From NCBI GenBank assembly GCA_045604325.1, contig JAZUNW010000036.1:2393-66392 (forward strand): a stretch of DNA of 64,000 bases, given 5' to 3'. This stretch comes from Faecousia sp. (GTDB lineage: Bacteria; Bacillota; Clostridia; Oscillospirales; Oscillospiraceae). This document shows, in pieces, positions 1 to 9,184 of the stretch. Position numbers and translations under genes: made by a program. The notes beneath the pieces are model-generated. The model was not told where the DNA came from, did not search any database, and saw only the letters and a list, made by a program, of their open reading frames with translations. Numbering within the stretch: position 1 is the stretch's first letter; every line of letters starts with the position of its first letter.

Positions 1-350
1 GAGTACTCATAGTTCTCGCCATTTTCGCCGTACTTGCCGCCGGCATACATTTCGCAGAAAACAAGCTCCCAGTTGTAGCGCTTTTCTTTCTCATTGTAGT
101 CCACAGGGCAGCCACGACCGAAGTCCTCCACCTCTACAGAGAGGTCTTCATAGCGGGTGACGATGATGGTATCGCCGTGACCCTCCCTTGCCTCATCGAT
201 GGCATTACTGAGGATCTCAAACACCGCATGCTTGCAGCCCTCTAAGTCGTCAGATCCAAAAATAACCGCAGGGCGCTTGCGGACACGCTCCTCGCCCTTG
301 AGCATGGAAATGCTGGAGTTTCCGTATTGTTCCGTCTTTTTAATAGCCAT
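1..350 (-). CDS. Type II DNA topoisomerase subunit B (GyrB/ParE family), N-terminal GHKL ATPase part; runs off the window edge
   Basis: Not in the ORF track. Manual translation from ATG at 350 gives MAIKKTEQYGNSSISMLKGEERVRKRPAVIFGS...EILSNAIDEA...VEDFGRGCP...YAGGKY, with the VRKRP, E-x2-N-x2-D and DxGRG GyrB/ParE motifs. Confidence 0.9.
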   Translation of the reverse strand, partial: MAIKKTEQYGNSSISMLKGEERVRKRPAVIFGSDDLEGCKHAVFEILSNAIDEAREGHGDTIIVTRYEDLSVEVEDFGRGCPVDYNEKEKRYNWELVFCEMYAGGKYGENGENYEY

Positions 351-490
351 AGTAAATACCTGCCATACTTATCCATTTTAACTTCCTTATTATACGCAAA
401 AAATGCGGTAAAGTCAACAACCCCAAACAACATATGCCCCTGTTCGACAAAAACCGCCACAATCCCTTGTGGATCGTGGCGGTATATCGG

Positions 491-1693
491 TTATCGACGC
501 TTTTTGATTACGAACACCCACACAGCGGCAGCGCCGCCTGCGAGGACCAGCACACCGGCAACGATGATAACCGTCCACGGCGTTTCTGCCTTAGGTTCGT
601 CATCCTGCTCCGTTGTGCCCGCAGGCTTCGTTGCGGGCTCAGTCACCGGCTCCGTTTCTTGAGGCTCAGTCTGTCCCTCCGTGGGCGAGGTGTCCGCTGT
701 CGGCTGTGTATTGCCCTCGGTAGGAATCTGCTCTTGCCCGGTCAGTTTGGGAATGTCCTGATTTTCGGTCTTTCCGCAAACGCTACACTTGCGCTGCTGC
801 GTGCCCACCTCTTGCTCTGTGGGGGCTTTGATCTGTTCCCACGGACCGTAGCTGTGGCCCTTGGCTTCTACTTTCTGCTGCTTTTGTGTCACTTCGCCGC
901 AGGCAGAGCAATGTTTGCCTGCCGTAAGCCCGGTGGTGGTACAGCCCGCCTCCACCGCTTTGTCGGGCACTTCCGTGTGGCCGTTAAAGCACTTGGCTAC
1001 CCACGTGACTTTTGTGCCGCACCGGTCCATTACATCCTTTGTCCATGTGACATTGCCCGCAGGATAATAAATCGTCGCCTTCCTATAGGGCCAATCATAC
1101 ATAAATGTAGGTGCATCACCATAAAACCAAACTTCTTTTACTTTCGTCTCCCATTCTCCATCAGGCTCATCCAAAGACACGCCTTCAAGCTTAGGACTGC
1201 CCTTGAAAGCCAGCTTCTCGCAGTGATCCAGCCCTGTCAGTTCAACCAAAGTTACCGATGCCGGGATCTCAAGCTCTTTAATCAAATAGCATTTTCTAAA
1301 TGCGTCCGCTCTGATCGTTGTGAGACCCTTGGGTAAATCAATTGCCTTCAGTTTATAGCAATCTGCAAAAGCTCGCAGATTGATCGATTTTAATGTTTTT
1401 GGGAGTGTGACTTTGGCCATATTTTCAAAGTGTACAAACGCATCTGTGCCGATGGTGGTCACACCGTTTTCAATGACCACCTCGGTGACCTCCATCCGCA
1501 TGTCTTCCCATGGAGAGACCATTTGCTCACCATAGTCATACATTGGACCTGTTCCGGAAACGGTAAGCACGCCGCTCTCAAAGGTCCATGTCAAATTATC
1601 GCCGCAGGTGCCGCTGGTTTCAGCCGCTGCCGCGCTTACAGAAAAGAGTGTAAGCAGCAGCACGATCATAATAAGAAAGCTAAATTTTTTCAT
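491..1693 (-). CDS. Secreted, membrane-anchored BspA-type leucine-rich-repeat surface protein
   Basis: Signal peptide; SGTCGDNLTW N-cap; LRR_5-like repeats (VTTIGTDAF, LKSINLRAF, LTTIRADAF); Cys/His repeats; PT-rich linker; C-terminal TM helix followed by KKRR. Confidence 0.85.
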   Translation of the reverse strand: MKKFSFLIMIVLLLTLFSVSAAAAETSGTCGDNLTWTFESGVLTVSGTGPMYDYGEQMVSPWEDMRMEVTEVVIENGVTTIGTDAFVHFENMAKVTLPKTLKSINLRAFADCYKLKAIDLPKGLTTIRADAFRKCYLIKELEIPASVTLVELTGLDHCEKLAFKGSPKLEGVSLDEPDGEWETKVKEVWFYGDAPTFMYDWPYRKATIYYPAGNVTWTKDVMDRCGTKVTWVAKCFNGHTEVPDKAVEAGCTTTGLTAGKHCSACGEVTQKQQKVEAKGHSYGPWEQIKAPTEQEVGTQQRKCSVCGKTENQDIPKLTGQEQIPTEGNTQPTADTSPTEGQTEPQETEPVTEPATKPAGTTEQDDEPKAETPWTVIIVAGVLVLAGGAAAVWVFVIKKRR

Positions 1694-1705
1694 ATTTTTC
1701 TCCTT

Positions 1706-3772
1706 TCATTCAACAGCAATCCATGTAACATTGCCGCCGTAGTTCTGCAATTTATCTTCTGTCCATGTGGGGTTATTTGCAGGATAGTAAGCGGTCAGCG
1801 CATGACCGGAAAATGAATTTGCATCGATTCTCGGTGCATCACTCAGAAAATGGACCTCCTGCACAGGACTTGCAGGTGAGATCTCTCTTAACCATTCCAT
1901 TCCTGCTGCGATCGTGATGCGCTTTAAGGAAACACACCAGTTGGTGCCATTCACTATGTCAATACTCCCGCCAACCACAAGAGTCTCAAGCTGTTCCTGA
2001 TAGCCCCAGGCGCCACTCATGGCATTGACATAAAGCTCCATATATTCAATAGCCTCACAACCGCTAAACACTGTGAGTCTATCGATCTGTGTCACCGAAT
2101 GACCGACCACAAGCTTCTTCAGTGCGGTACAGTTTTCAAAAGCCATATCCTCCACCGTCTGAACGCCCCCTGCAAGCACTACCGTCTGCAAGGCGCTGCA
2201 ACCGGAAAAGGCCTGCCGTTGGATGGTGCGCAGGCTGGCAGGAGCGGTAAACTCTGTAATCGCCGTATTGGCAAAAGCAACGCGCCCAATGTCCGTCAGC
2301 ATACCATTCCCGGCAAACTGCACGTCTGCCAAATTCCCACAGCCGCCAAAGGCATAACGGCCGATGGTTTTTACATTGGCAGGGATGGAAACGGCCCGCA
2401 ATGCTGTCAGGTTGCTAAATGCATAGTCACCGATCTTCGTCACACCCTCGGATATGTTCAGCTTCGTGATCTGTGTGCGACCATCTGCCCAAGGCTGCTC
2501 CCAATCGCCGCTTAGGTCTGTCATCTCACCCGTTCCGGAAATGGTCAGTACACCATCGTTTAGCGTCCATGCAAGAGTCTGTCCACAACTGCCGCTGCCC
2601 GAAACCATTGGCCGTGTTGGCGCTTCGGTCGGTGCCTGTGTGGGTGCTTGTGTGGGAGCTTCTGTAGGTGCTTCCGTCGGTGCCTGGGTCGCGGGTGCCG
2701 TAGGCGCTTCCGTAGGTGTTTCTGTGGGTGACTGGGTTGGCGCTTGCGTGGGAGCCTGTGTAGGTTCTTGCGCAGGTGCCTCGGTAGCCCCGGGGCCGTC
2801 AATTTCCCGCTGCTCCGGCTTGGGTACGGTCAAAAAGCAGATCGCCACCGTCACCGCCAGCATTCCCGCAACCGCTGTGATCCAAAAACCCGGTTTGCGA
2901 TAGGAAAGCACATTCTTGATCCGCTGAGCAAGGCTTACCTTTCCAAAACACAGTGTCACCGCCGTCAGTCCGGAATAGCGCTTGCCGCAGTTAAGCAACG
3001 CATGGGAATAGGCCTTGCGCTGAGCAAGCTCCATCGGCCACACCACCCGCTCATCGCAGGCAACCTCCGTATCCCGGCAAAACAGCACATAGCACACCCA
3101 AACCAAAGGATTGTACCAATGAATACAAAGGCAAATATAGCCTAATAGTTTCCACCAGTGATCGCCTCTTGCAATATGGGCCTGCTCATGGGCAAGAATA
3201 TGAGGAACATCCTCATCGGGCAGATCGGCAGGCAGATAGACACGGGGGTTCCAATAACCCATAACAAATGCACCGGTAATTCTGTCACTGACATACACAC
3301 CGGGCTGTGTCTTCACTGCCATGCGGACCGTGTTCCGCAACCGCAGATAAGAGATTATTGCCGACAGCGTCATTGCCGTTCCCCCAACGACCCAAGCAAT
3401 AAAAACGGCTTTCTCCCAGCGGATGCTTTCCTTCTGCGAAATGCTTGGAGTTACCGGAGTATCCGGCACATCGGGGATTTGCGGTGTATCCGGCATCGGC
3501 GGGGCATCCGGTATATCGGCATCCGGCAGAATCTGCTCCGGCTGTTGTTGACTTGGAGATAGGTAGACCGGAAGCTCCGGTTGCAGGCTCAAGCTGCTCT
3601 GGGGCGCAAAAGGAATCAGCAGACGCACTGCGGCCAACAACCACAGAACACAGATCAGCTGACGGGGTGCCTTGCACAGACACAGCCGCAGCACCAATAC
3701 CACAATGATCACAATGCCGCCGAAGAATCCTGCCTGTAAATAACGCAGAAACAAATTTTCCACGACTATCAC
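1706..3772 (-). CDS. BlaR1/M56 family metallopeptidase fused to a BspA-type LRR domain
   Basis: TM helices, HEQAH zinc motif, WYNPLVW and EVACDE (M56 hallmarks); PTEAPTQA linker; C-terminal LRR_5 repeats. Confidence 0.9.
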   Translation of the reverse strand: MIVVENLFLRYLQAGFFGGIVIIVVLVLRLCLCKAPRQLICVLWLLAAVRLLIPFAPQSSLSLQPELPVYLSPSQQQPEQILPDADIPDAPPMPDTPQIPDVPDTPVTPSISQKESIRWEKAVFIAWVVGGTAMTLSAIISYLRLRNTVRMAVKTQPGVYVSDRITGAFVMGYWNPRVYLPADLPDEDVPHILAHEQAHIARGDHWWKLLGYICLCIHWYNPLVWVCYVLFCRDTEVACDERVVWPMELAQRKAYSHALLNCGKRYSGLTAVTLCFGKVSLAQRIKNVLSYRKPGFWITAVAGMLAVTVAICFLTVPKPEQREIDGPGATEAPAQEPTQAPTQAPTQSPTETPTEAPTAPATQAPTEAPTEAPTQAPTQAPTEAPTRPMVSGSGSCGQTLAWTLNDGVLTISGTGEMTDLSGDWEQPWADGRTQITKLNISEGVTKIGDYAFSNLTALRAVSIPANVKTIGRYAFGGCGNLADVQFAGNGMLTDIGRVAFANTAITEFTAPASLRTIQRQAFSGCSALQTVVLAGGVQTVEDMAFENCTALKKLVVGHSVTQIDRLTVFSGCEAIEYMELYVNAMSGAWGYQEQLETLVVGGSIDIVNGTNWCVSLKRITIAAGMEWLREISPASPVQEVHFLSDAPRIDANSFSGHALTAYYPANNPTWTEDKLQNYGGNVTWIAVE

Positions 3773-4128
3773 TCCTTATAGTTCTCTATAAGCTGCTCCA
3801 GACTTTCACATTCCTCCCGGCTGAGTTTTCCGCAATTACAGAAGGCTGCAAGAAACGCAGGAACAGAGCCGCCAAATGTCTTTTCCATCAATTCTTCCAT
3901 CTGATTGCGCTGCGCCTGCTCTTTGGAAATCAAAGAGGTAACGGTTGCATTCTCATTTTTCAGCACGCCCCGCTCCGCCAGTCTGCGGATCACCGTATAG
4001 GTGGTAGCCTTAGACCAACCCAGCTGCTGCGCACAAAGGGCCGCCAGCTTGGTGCTGTTTATGGGCTCATGCTCCCACAAAATCAAACAAAAACGGTATT
4101 CGCTGTCAAAAATTTTTGGTGTTTCCAT
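3769..4128 (-). CDS. BlaI/MecI/CopY family transcriptional repressor
   Basis: SEYRFCLILW, WSKATTYTVIRRLAERG and FGGS motifs; overlaps the start of the M56 gene. Confidence 0.92.
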   Translation of the reverse strand: METPKIFDSEYRFCLILWEHEPINSTKLAALCAQQLGWSKATTYTVIRRLAERGVLKNENATVTSLISKEQAQRNQMEELMEKTFGGSVPAFLAAFCNCGKLSREECESLEQLIENYKE

Positions 4129-4144
4129 AATTGCCCTCCTATAT

Positions 4145-4191
4145 AGGTTTAATGCGTTAAACTTCTACTGCAAGTTTAACACATTAAACCT
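4145..4191. promoter_or_regulatory. Two palindromic operator sites (GTTTAA-N4-TTAAAC), probably bound by the BlaI-family repressor
   Basis: aggtttaatgcgttaaactt (4145-4164) and aagtttaacacattaaacct (4172-4191) are each self-palindromic and are 19/20 inverted copies of each other, directly upstream of the blaI-like gene. Confidence 0.7.
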
Positions 4192-4231
4192 CGCCTGTCA
4201 ATATACATGGAAGTCCAGTTCACAAAAGAAT

Positions 4232-4262
4232 ACCGCCGCTGCAAAAAGCAGCGGCGGTGTTT
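4232..4262. terminator. Intrinsic terminator after the mutY-PHP operon
   Basis: accgccgctgc-aaaaa-gcagcggcggt GC-rich hairpin. Confidence 0.7.
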
Positions 4263-4264
4263 CG

Positions 4265-5047
4265 TTACAGCTTATGGAAAATGGGCTTTCTATCCTCGAA
4301 TGTGCAAACATAGCCAAAAATGTCCTTCAGCATTTGGCAGGCACGGTCGCAATACTGGCCCACCCGGTCGGCAGTATGGGCATCGGAGCCAACGGTAACG
4401 ATTTGGCCGCCCAGCTCCTTGAAGCGCCGCAGATATTCTGCATGAGGCAGGAAATCGCCGCAGCGGTCCACACCGCTGGTGTTGACCTCCATGCCCTTGC
4501 CCTTATCCGCAAGGATCCTGAGTATCTCATCCACCATTTCTCTGTGCCACTCGTATCGGACAAGGCGCTTGGTGGGATTGGACCGGGCCTTGCTGATATA
4601 GGTCAGATGACCCAGTACATCGAAATCGGCATGGGTCTTCACACAATCAAGGGTCGTTTCCATATAGGTCAGCTCCGCCTGTTCCTGGGTCTTGCCCTCC
4701 CAGTATTCCGGGTAGTAAGCATCCCAGTCATCAGCATAGTGGATGGAGCCGATGACAAAATCAAAGGGGCGCTGCCGCAGATACCATTGAAGCAGCTCCT
4801 GATTGTCCGGCAGCATACCGAACTCCAACCCCCGCCGGATCGTCAGTCCCGGAGCTTCCAGGCCGTCGTAGGCTGCATTGTAGGCTTCGATGGTAAATCT
4901 ATTATGATCGATCCCTTTGGGATCATCGTCTACATGGTCGGTAAAACAGATCTCCTTCAGCCCCGCCTTAAGGGCTGCTTGCAGCATCTCCTCCGGTGTG
5001 TTGTAACCGTCAAAGGACACGATGGAATGCATATGATAGTCAAACAT
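4265..5047 (-). CDS. PHP-domain hydrolase, histidinol-phosphatase HisJ family
   Basis: DYHMHS, FTDH, IGSIH, LGHL, EVNTSG and GSDAH metal-binding motifs. Confidence 0.88.
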   Translation of the reverse strand: MFDYHMHSIVSFDGYNTPEEMLQAALKAGLKEICFTDHVDDDPKGIDHNRFTIEAYNAAYDGLEAPGLTIRRGLEFGMLPDNQELLQWYLRQRPFDFVIGSIHYADDWDAYYPEYWEGKTQEQAELTYMETTLDCVKTHADFDVLGHLTYISKARSNPTKRLVRYEWHREMVDEILRILADKGKGMEVNTSGVDRCGDFLPHAEYLRRFKELGGQIVTVGSDAHTADRVGQYCDRACQMLKDIFGYVCTFEDRKPIFHKL

Positions 5048-6080
5048 TTTCTATCTCCTCCCAGAATTGCCGGAATGCTGTGGGTAACGCCGCATCTGCA
5101 CGGATCTGCTCCCCGGTAAGCCATACAAAGCCGCAAACCGGCTCTGCCACTTCCATGTATATTCCCCGCATGTCCCAGCGGATGTGGGTAAAAATATGCT
5201 GCCGCTCAGTCTGTCGCAGGACTTCACGGGGGGCAAGCCCCTTATTTTCTACCCATGCAATGGCATCTTTGAGTTCCAACTGCCCCTCAGTGTTGGGAAA
5301 CTGCCACAGTCCCGCTAAAAGGCCCTTGTTCGGCCGCTTTTCCAGGGCATACGCCCCGTCGCAGGACAGAATAAATACCGTCTTTTCTTCCATGCGCTTG
5401 GCTTTCTTCGGCAGCTTTACGGGAAATTGCTCCGCTGTGCCGTGGTTTTCTGCCTTGCAAATGCTGCGGCAGGGGCAGTTTTCACAATCCGGCTCCCGGT
5501 TGGGCCCGCAGACCGTGGCGCCAAGCTCCATCAGCGCCTGGGTAAAATCCCCGGCCTCTTTGGGATAACTCTTCGCCAAAGCTTGCCGCACAGATGCCTT
5601 GTAGGCAGGCTGGTCGATGGGGGTGTCCTCCTCCGTCAAGCGGGAAATCACCCGTAAAACATTGCCGTCCACTGCAGGTGTGGGCAGACCGTAGGCAATG
5701 GAGCAAATCGCACCTGCGGTGTATTCACCAATACCCGGCAGCGCAAGAATCTCGTCATAGTTCTTGGGAAATACGCTGCCATAGCGCTCCATGATGATCT
5801 GGGCCGCTTTCTTTAAGTTACGCACACGGCTGTAATAGCCGAGGCCCTCCCAAAGCTTGTGAAGTACATCATCATCGCACTGCGCCAGCGCCTTCACGGT
5901 AGGCAGCGTCTCCAAAAAGCGGGTATAATAGCCCTTTACCGCCTCCACGCGGGTCTGTTGGAGCATGATCTCTGATACCCAAATGTGATAGGGGTCTTTG
6001 TCCTGCCGCCACGGCAGGTCGCGCTTATTTTCGCGATACCATGGCAGCAAAAGTTGAGGCAGCTTGCCGTAAATATCCAT
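5040..6080 (-). CDS. mutY: A/G-specific adenine DNA glycosylase MutY
   Basis: RDLPWR, VSEIMLQQT, WEGLGYYSR, LPGIGEYTA HhH, VDGNV, 4Fe-4S Cys cluster and NUDIX-like C-terminus. Start set at ATG 6080; the ORF extends to 6131. Confidence 0.96.
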   Translation of the reverse strand: MDIYGKLPQLLLPWYRENKRDLPWRQDKDPYHIWVSEIMLQQTRVEAVKGYYTRFLETLPTVKALAQCDDDVLHKLWEGLGYYSRVRNLKKAAQIIMERYGSVFPKNYDEILALPGIGEYTAGAICSIAYGLPTPAVDGNVLRVISRLTEEDTPIDQPAYKASVRQALAKSYPKEAGDFTQALMELGATVCGPNREPDCENCPCRSICKAENHGTAEQFPVKLPKKAKRMEEKTVFILSCDGAYALEKRPNKGLLAGLWQFPNTEGQLELKDAIAWVENKGLAPREVLRQTERQHIFTHIRWDMRGIYMEVAEPVCGFVWLTGEQIRADAALPTAFRQFWEEIENV

Positions 6081-6202
6081 TTTCGCCACCTCCCTGCCCT
6101 GTATTTTACAACAGAACTCCATTTCCGTCAATCCGGATACTATCCTTTTCTCGCTTCAAAACACCCCGCCGAAAAAAATACTGGAATTTTTCAAAAAAAC
6201 AC

Positions 6203-6231
6203 TTGCATTTTAAAACATCTTGTGCTAATAT
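6203..6231 (+). promoter_or_regulatory. Sigma70/SigA-type promoter of tRNA-Arg
   Basis: TTGCAT-17 nt-TAATAT with an extended TG. Confidence 0.65.
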
Positions 6232-6253
6232 ACTTAGGCGCTTTGAGCGCTAT

Positions 6254-6330
6254 GCGCCGATAGCTCAGTTGGATAGAGTGACTGACTACGAATCAGTAGG
6301 TCGGGGGTTCGAGTCCCTTTCGGCGTACCA
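6254..6330 (+). tRNA. tRNA-Arg (anticodon ACG)
   Basis: gcgccga acceptor stem, tagctcagttggatagag D arm, ctgact-ACG-aatcag anticodon arm, ggttcgagtcc T arm, encoded CCA. Confidence 0.97.
6281..6330 (+). repeat. att core, left copy (3' half of tRNA-Arg)
   Basis: actgactacg...cggcgtacca is identical to 45775-45824. Confidence 0.95.
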
Positions 6331-6336
6331 TTAAGA

Positions 6337-6382
6337 AAAACCGCTAAAACCCTTGAAAACAGGGCACTTTTAGCGGTTTTTT
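6337..6382 (+). terminator. Terminator after the tRNA, supplied by the prophage end
   Basis: aaaaccgctaaaa...ttttagcggtttttt hairpin followed by a T-tract. Confidence 0.7.
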
Positions 6383-6446
6383 CTTTTTTCTTTTTCTTTT
6401 TGGAATTCCAAAAACAACCACAAACAACCGTAAAAACCCACCAAAT

Positions 6447-6466
6447 TGATGTCAAAATTGATGTCA
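6447..6466. promoter_or_regulatory. Putative integrase arm-type sites (TGATGTCA x2)
   Basis: TGATGTCA direct repeat with a 12-bp period at 6447/6459; the same pair with the same period occurs at 45720/45732 at the other prophage end. Confidence 0.6.
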
Positions 6467-6505
6467 AAAAACCGCCCCTCCCCGGGTAACCGGAGAGGGG
6501 CAATT

Positions 6506-7057
6506 TCATTTTTCATCGTATTTTTTGAAATGGCTGATAATTTCATTTAGAATTTCTATCAGCTTTACTTCTTGCGTAGAATCAAATGCATATCTTATCA
6601 TAATAATCAAACCGGCAAGTGTTTCGACAAACACAGACACTATGTACGCCTGAATTACTCCATCGCTAATATTCATCTGCATCGCATTGTTCATCAGCAA
6701 AATAACCACAAGAGCACCAAACTGCGCAGCCAACAGGCCTTTAATAAAGTCCAGCAAATCCCTGCGTAAAGGTTTCTTGTCTTCGGTATGTTCTTCAAGC
6801 TGATTTTGCGTTATTCTAATTATGTCTCCAGTGATTTTTCTATACTCACGATCCGACTCAATCGCATTTTGTCGAACATCCCCGTCAATCTCACCCGGGA
6901 CACTAGTTGCAACTTTCTTAGCTTCAACCTGAAGCTTTTCTGTTTTCTTGCTAGGGCTGTCTGCCGTTGAACCACCATCCGATTTTATAGTTCCCTTGAT
7001 ATCATCAATCGGCACCGTTGGTATGGTCTTATTGTCAGTACCATTACCTTCACACAT
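6506..7057 (-). CDS. Hypothetical two-TM membrane protein (prophage cargo)
   Basis: 183-aa ORF with RBS; charged N-terminus and two C-terminal hydrophobic helices; AT-rich. Confidence 0.7.
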   Translation of the reverse strand: MCEGNGTDNKTIPTVPIDDIKGTIKSDGGSTADSPSKKTEKLQVEAKKVATSVPGEIDGDVRQNAIESDREYRKITGDIIRITQNQLEEHTEDKKPLRRDLLDFIKGLLAAQFGALVVILLMNNAMQMNISDGVIQAYIVSVFVETLAGLIIMIRYAFDSTQEVKLIEILNEIISHFKKYDEK

Positions 7058-7092
7058 TAGCGCGTCGCTCCTATATCTTTCTAATTCTCTGT

Positions 7093-7728
7093 CTATGCTT
7101 TACTTACTGCAGATAAAAGCACACGCGAGCAAATTGCGTCCTCGGTAACCCCATATCTATTCGATAATCGCTCTAGTCCCTCTTCTCTAATGTCACGGAT
7201 TTTTAGATCTTTGGGGATAAGGACTAAAAGGGCAAAAATATTGGCAACCTGCTCAGCAATCATATAATCATTTTCGCGGTATTCATCTTCAGAAAGGAAT
7301 GTTATGTCTGGATTTATATGCGCACTAATGGTAAATAACCCATCATCTGTTTGCTCGTATACAAAATTAGGAACTTCTGTAATGAGATGTCCAAGCTCGT
7401 GAACAACAGAGAATCTTTGCATATCCGCATTGTTATCAGCATTAATAATAAGATATGCAATTTTTTCCTTTTTATTCGCACCTGGTACTTCCCTTGTTCC
7501 TGTGCTAAGCATTGCACCATACTTTGAAGCAGTGCTATCTGGTAATTTAAGCTCAGAAAAAGACCGTCTGTCCACCGAAATTTCAGCACACCCCGATGCC
7601 TTCTGAACAGCCGCAATGATTTCCTCTAGCGGCACAAATTTACCGGCCCCGCCTTTGCTTGACAGTATTTCGTTAATTTGCTGAGCCTTTTCAAAAGCAA
7701 CTTTGAATTCGTTCATAATCATAAACAT
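7093..7728 (-). CDS. ImmA/IrrE family zinc metallopeptidase (prophage cargo)
   Basis: RFSVVHELGH and EQVANIFALLVLIP motifs; C-terminal LSNRYGVT; start uncertain (7716-7815). Confidence 0.85.
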   Translation of the reverse strand: MFMIMNEFKVAFEKAQQINEILSSKGGAGKFVPLEEIIAAVQKASGCAEISVDRRSFSELKLPDSTASKYGAMLSTGTREVPGANKKEKIAYLIINADNNADMQRFSVVHELGHLITEVPNFVYEQTDDGLFTISAHINPDITFLSEDEYRENDYMIAEQVANIFALLVLIPKDLKIRDIREEGLERLSNRYGVTEDAICSRVLLSAVSKA

Positions 7729-7903
7729 GACCGCAGACCACCTTTGAAACTGGGCAGAACAAAGGCGAGTCTTCCTTTCCACCCTTATATTATCACGAAA
7801 ATCGACATGTTGCAAGAACTTTTTCGATTTGTTTCTATTCTTATCTAGTCCCCTTTGAAACTATACCATAAACTCACAAGAAAACGCCCTCTAACGCTGT
7901 CGA

Positions 7904-7943
7904 AAAACTCCCTCTTCGGCATGGCCCAAAGAGGGAGTTTTTT
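7904..7943. terminator. Bidirectional terminator at the end of the lysis operon
   Basis: aaaaactccctctt...aagagggagttttt hairpin. Confidence 0.75.
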
Positions 7944-7972
7944 ATTATCACTTTATTTTCAATAATGCCACA

Positions 7973-8155
7973 TTAAGCCTTCTTCTCATGCTGGGTGCCG
8001 AAATAGAAGGACACCACGCTCGATGTGATAATCATCACATTATCGGACGAAATGTCGCCCCTCAGCGCAAGCACCGCAAATACGCCGATCACTACAGCAG
8101 TAACAATGGTCTTGACCTTGATAAGGTTCGCTACGTTCTTTTTCAGAGTTTCCAT
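7973..8155 (-). CDS. Phage holin
   Basis: 60 aa with two TM helices and a VVSFYFGTQ end; last gene of the lysis cluster; GGAGG RBS. Confidence 0.8.
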   Translation of the reverse strand: METLKKNVANLIKVKTIVTAVVIGVFAVLALRGDISSDNVMIITSSVVSFYFGTQHEKKA

Positions 8156-8165
8156 ATGTACCTCC

Positions 8166-8504
8166 TTAATCTTTGTAATGGGAAGCCTCACTGACGGGAT
8201 CATCGATGTTGAACTTTGCTTTCAGAAATTTCTTTACATCACCGTTCCCGCCCAGTTTCAAGTACTTATGCCCTGCGACGATCCTCTCGCCGATGGGCAT
8301 CTCATTGCTCATAATGGTCAGCCGCAGCAGCGACATATAGTTTTCTGCAGAGTGTTCTTTCAGATCTGCGACGGTTGCATTAAATTCATCAATGCTGTTT
8401 TTTGCCTTGTTGGCAACCTTGATGACCTTTAACGCCGCTGCAATGATGACGCCCAATGCAGAAAGCAGGGCGGCAATCTTGATGATAAAATCTATCGTTT
8501 CCAT
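8166..8504 (-). CDS. Phage membrane protein of the lysis module
   Basis: N-terminal TM helix, coiled coil and YLKLGGNG motif; lies between endolysin and holin. Confidence 0.65.
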   Translation of the reverse strand: METIDFIIKIAALLSALGVIIAAALKVIKVANKAKNSIDEFNATVADLKEHSAENYMSLLRLTIMSNEMPIGERIVAGHKYLKLGGNGDVKKFLKAKFNIDDPVSEASHYKD

Positions 8505-8509
8505 CCGGA

Positions 8510-9184
8510 TCATACCCCCAGCAGTTTCTCCCAGGTTGCGGCATCGCACTTGCCGGTCTGGGGCAGGCCGTTGGCCTTTTGAAAACCCTTGATGCCGTTT
8601 ACGGTAGCACCGCCAAAGCTGCCGTCGGCGCCGTAGGTCTTGCCGCCGCTGACCATCTCATAGCCGGCCGCAAGGAGCAGCTGCTGCATCTGCTTCACGC
8701 AGGGGATCTTGTCCCCCTTCTTAAGCACAGGCAGCTTTACAGTGCATTCCTCTGCCGCCACCTCAGCAGGATAGTCTGCATCCAGATACGGCTCCGGATC
8801 GATCCACTTGCCGTTTTCCTTGATGCCGAAGTGCAGGTGTGCGCCAGTAGAATTACCGGTACTGCCCATGTAGCCAATAACCTGACCCTTGCTGACTTTA
8901 TCGCCCTTCTTCAGTGTGCTGGGGTTCTTCAAATGGTAATACACCATTGCCGTGCTGGGGCACACTCGAATGGTTACAAAGTTGCCAGCTCCGGAGTTGT
9001 AAGCTACCTCTTCAACAGTACCACCAGTGTGGGCGGTGATGTAGTCGGTAACATGGCCGCCCTTGTCGGTCAGTGCCACCATGTCAATGCCGTTGTGGTG
9101 CCGGATCGCACCGTTCCACTTCCGGTTGCCAAACCGGGAAGTGATGTAATTTCTGTTGTAGTTGGGAAAAAATCTTGTGCTCAT
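8510..9184 (-). CDS. Endolysin: M23 peptidase plus peptidoglycan-binding domain
   Basis: HNGID, YYHL and STGAHLHF M23 motifs; C-terminal PG_binding_1-like segment (DGSFGGAT..FQKANGL..TW). Confidence 0.92.
   Translation of the reverse strand: MSTRFFPNYNRNYITSRFGNRKWNGAIRHHNGIDMVALTDKGGHVTDYITAHTGGTVEEVAYNSGAGNFVTIRVCPSTAMVYYHLKNPSTLKKGDKVSKGQVIGYMGSTGNSTGAHLHFGIKENGKWIDPEPYLDADYPAEVAAEECTVKLPVLKKGDKIPCVKQMQQLLLAAGYEMVSGGKTYGADGSFGGATVNGIKGFQKANGLPQTGKCDAATWEKLLGV

Noticed and set aside
2610..2790. 12-bp periodic repeats as a CRISPR array or VNTR system
   Set aside because: They encode the PTEA/PTQA linker of the M56-LRR protein; no spacers
4001..5119. Long plus-strand ORFs (also 434-1336, 13433-14440, 17322-18605, 22685-24226, 28852-30069, 34078-34956)
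   Set aside because: Antisense shadows of well-supported minus-strand genes, with no recognisable motifs
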